A DNA stretch of 50,143 nt, taken from positions 8,986,390 through 9,036,532 of the forward strand of contig NC_057757.1 in the NCBI RefSeq assembly GCF_004010195.1, in the 5' to 3' direction. The notes under the pieces were generated by a model. That model had not been told where the DNA came from. It did no database searches and was given only the letters and a program-made list of their open reading frames with translations. Below are positions 48,230 to 50,143 of the stretch, piece after piece. Position 1 is the stretch's first letter; each line of letters begins with the position of its first letter. The DNA is from Chiloscyllium plagiosum. Taxonomy: Eukaryota. A program made the position numbers and the translations under genes.

Positions 48230-48730
48230 ATTTACTTAAGAGTGGTCCCTGTCAATGTCCCCTGTCAGTCCACAGCATACGGGAGGGTGTTATGGAATAT
48301 AATTCTGATAGTTATGACTTCATACCAACTTTGTCCCACAGGATAATTGGAATCCCTAGCACCAAGCCCAGTGCCTCACCGAGAGTGTCCTTACAGCTGG
48401 CATTAACCCAGATCTTGGTGAGCTGCTCTCACTGACAGTGAGAGATGTGAGTGTGGCTCTTCTCATGGAACAAATGGTCACGCAGTTTGTCACTAATCCA
48501 GGGCGGGGGTTTCCCTTGGCTCGCCAGCCTGAGCTCCTCCCTCAGCTGTTCAATCGTCCCGTTACCGTAGATACTGCTCTGGGTGTGGCTTTGCTGCTCA
48601 CCGTCATCCCTGATTGGACCCTGGATGATCTGGTTAATTGTCTTGGTGTGACCCTGCAGTATGGTCACTAAGTGATGGCCAGTCTGATTCGCCACTAGTT
48701 GTTCCGTGGTCTCCTGCCTTATAGGGCTCT
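48230..48730 (-). mobile_element. Possible viral envelope/fusion-protein relic (lokiretrovirus-like?)
   Basis: Decayed frame ...GHHLVTILQGHTKTINQII..SIYG..TIEQLREEL..GKPPPWI..CQ*..C..LGLVLGIPII, then YEVITI..FHNTLPYAV..LTGT after a frameshift. Pattern recognition only. Confidence 0.35.
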
Positions 48731-48749
48731 TTTCACATTTTTAAAAAAT

Positions 48750-49467
48750 ATTCATTTGTGGGACTTGGGCATTGCTGGCTGGCCAGCATTTCTAGCCCTT
48801 CACTATTTGCCCTTGAGAAGGTGATGCCTTCTTGAATTGCTGCAGTCCACTTACTGTGGGTTAACCCACATAACAATAGGGAGGGAATTCCAGAATTTTG
48901 ACCGAATGATTTTGAAGGAATGGTGGTTTATTGCCAAGTCAGGATGGTGATTGGCTTGGAGGGGAACTTACAGTTGGTGGTGTTCCCGAGTAACTGCTGC
49001 CCTTGTCCTACTAAATGGAGGTGGTCATGGATTGGAAGGTGCTGTCTGAAGGATCTTTGGTGAATTTCTGCAGTGCATCTTGTAGATAGTATACATTGCT
49101 GCTATTGAGTATCATTGGTGGAGGGATTGAATATTTGTGGATGTGGTACTGATCAAGCAGGTTGCTTTGTCCTGAATGGTGTCAAGATTCTTGAATGTTG
49201 TGGGAGCTGCATCCGACCAGGCAAGTGGGCAGTATTCCATCACACTCCTGACCTGTGCCTTGTAGATGGTGGATAGACTTTGCGGAGTCAGGAGGTGAGT
49301 TACTCGCTGCAGTATCCCTAGTCTCTGACCTGCTCTTTTAGCCACTGTGTTTATGTGGTGAGTCCAGTTGAGTTTCTGTTTAATGGTATCCCCAAGGATG
49401 TTGACAGTGGGGGGTGGGATGGTTCAGTGATGGTAATACCATTGAATGTCACAGGGCGGTGATTAGA
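48750..49467 (-). mobile_element. CR1/L2-group LINE RT C-terminus and 3' UTR (continues 50107-50143)
   Basis: AKRAGQRLGILQRVTHLLTPQSLSTIYKAQVRSVMEYCPLAW..LDTIQDKA. Confidence 0.85.
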
Positions 49468-49471
49468 GTGT

Positions 49472-50102
49472 TGACACAAAGCTAGTCCCTTTTTTTTCCT
49501 AAAAGTCATTCCTTGGCTCAAGGACACTCTGTCCTTGATTTTTTTCAGAGGGGCAATAAACCAGGACAGGCTCCAATCAGTCTGGTTTGGTACAGAGATT
49601 AAAGGGTATTGAGAGGCCTTCTTGTTTATATGTAAACAGATGAGACTTCATGCCAGAGTGATCATGTTTTAGAAGGGATGTGTATAAAGAAATGGGAGTG
49701 GTCAGCTCTCTAACTGAGCAGTTTAGTTCAATCCAGAACTGGCTGTGAGTTCAACAGTCAGCTGTATGGAAACTCTCTTCCGCCCTTCTAACTTCAACCT
49801 GTAAGCATCTGATCATTTTTTGTACTGTACTTTAAAGGGGTCTGCTTATTGGGGTTGTTGTGTATGTTCGGAATAGCATAGTAAGTCTAGTTTGGATATA
49901 TTGTGTTCTGTAGGGTTTTTTTTTAATTCTGTTCATTGTGTAATTTTGTGAATAATTCTTTTTGTCTGTTTTAAACCTGGTAGTCAACTGCATTAATGTA
50001 ATCCTGATAATTTCCACTGTACACTGAGAGAAGCAAATTGCAAAGTTATGGTCTGAACTGCCTGGTTAAGAACGATTTGCATAGTTGGTCCACTCAGTAA
50101 CA
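49472..50102 (+). mobile_element. Solo LTR with 4-bp target-site duplication
   Basis: TG...TAACA, 631 bp, flanked by GTGT (49468-49471, 50103-50106); the interrupted LINE resumes in register on both sides; TATAAA near 49683. Confidence 0.7.
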
Positions 50103-50143
50103 GTGTCTCTTATTGTACACGGTCATTGTCTGGCATTTATGTG

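Overview
Vertebrate genomic DNA, very probably a shark or other cartilaginous fish (inferred from HE1-type tRNA-derived SINEs, HER1/CR1-type LINEs and Penelope-like elements). It is repeat-rich, with seven N gaps. The core of the window is a tandem, minus-strand cluster of two-exon GPR139/GPR142-like class A GPCR genes. Copy A (11652-13955) is frameshifted by a 10-bp deletion. Copy B (31564-34682, 321 aa) has an intact ORF but a duplicated splice acceptor and a deleted proximal promoter. Copy C (45166-47212, 314 aa) is intact with a short C-terminal truncation. A ~100-bp relic of a fourth copy is also present. Copies A and B lie in ~15-17 kb segmental-duplication units that also carry CR1 LINEs, a decayed class I endogenous retrovirus (integrase, env, PPT, LTR) and a promoter-proximal ~40-bp minisatellite. 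Amino-acid differences between paralogs cluster on the extracellular, ligand-facing side. A 225-bp upstream block with O/E(EBF)-like and homeodomain-like sites is better conserved than the neighbouring coding exon. Together these suggest, as inference only, an expanded chemosensory-type receptor family. Other items: Penelope-derived minimal hammerhead ribozyme motifs (one intact-looking, on the sense strand of the copy C intron), a tRNA-Asp pseudogene, a solo LTR with a 4-bp TSD, and a possible fusion-protein-like viral env relic. Most ORFs in the supplied track are TE fragments or gap artefacts.
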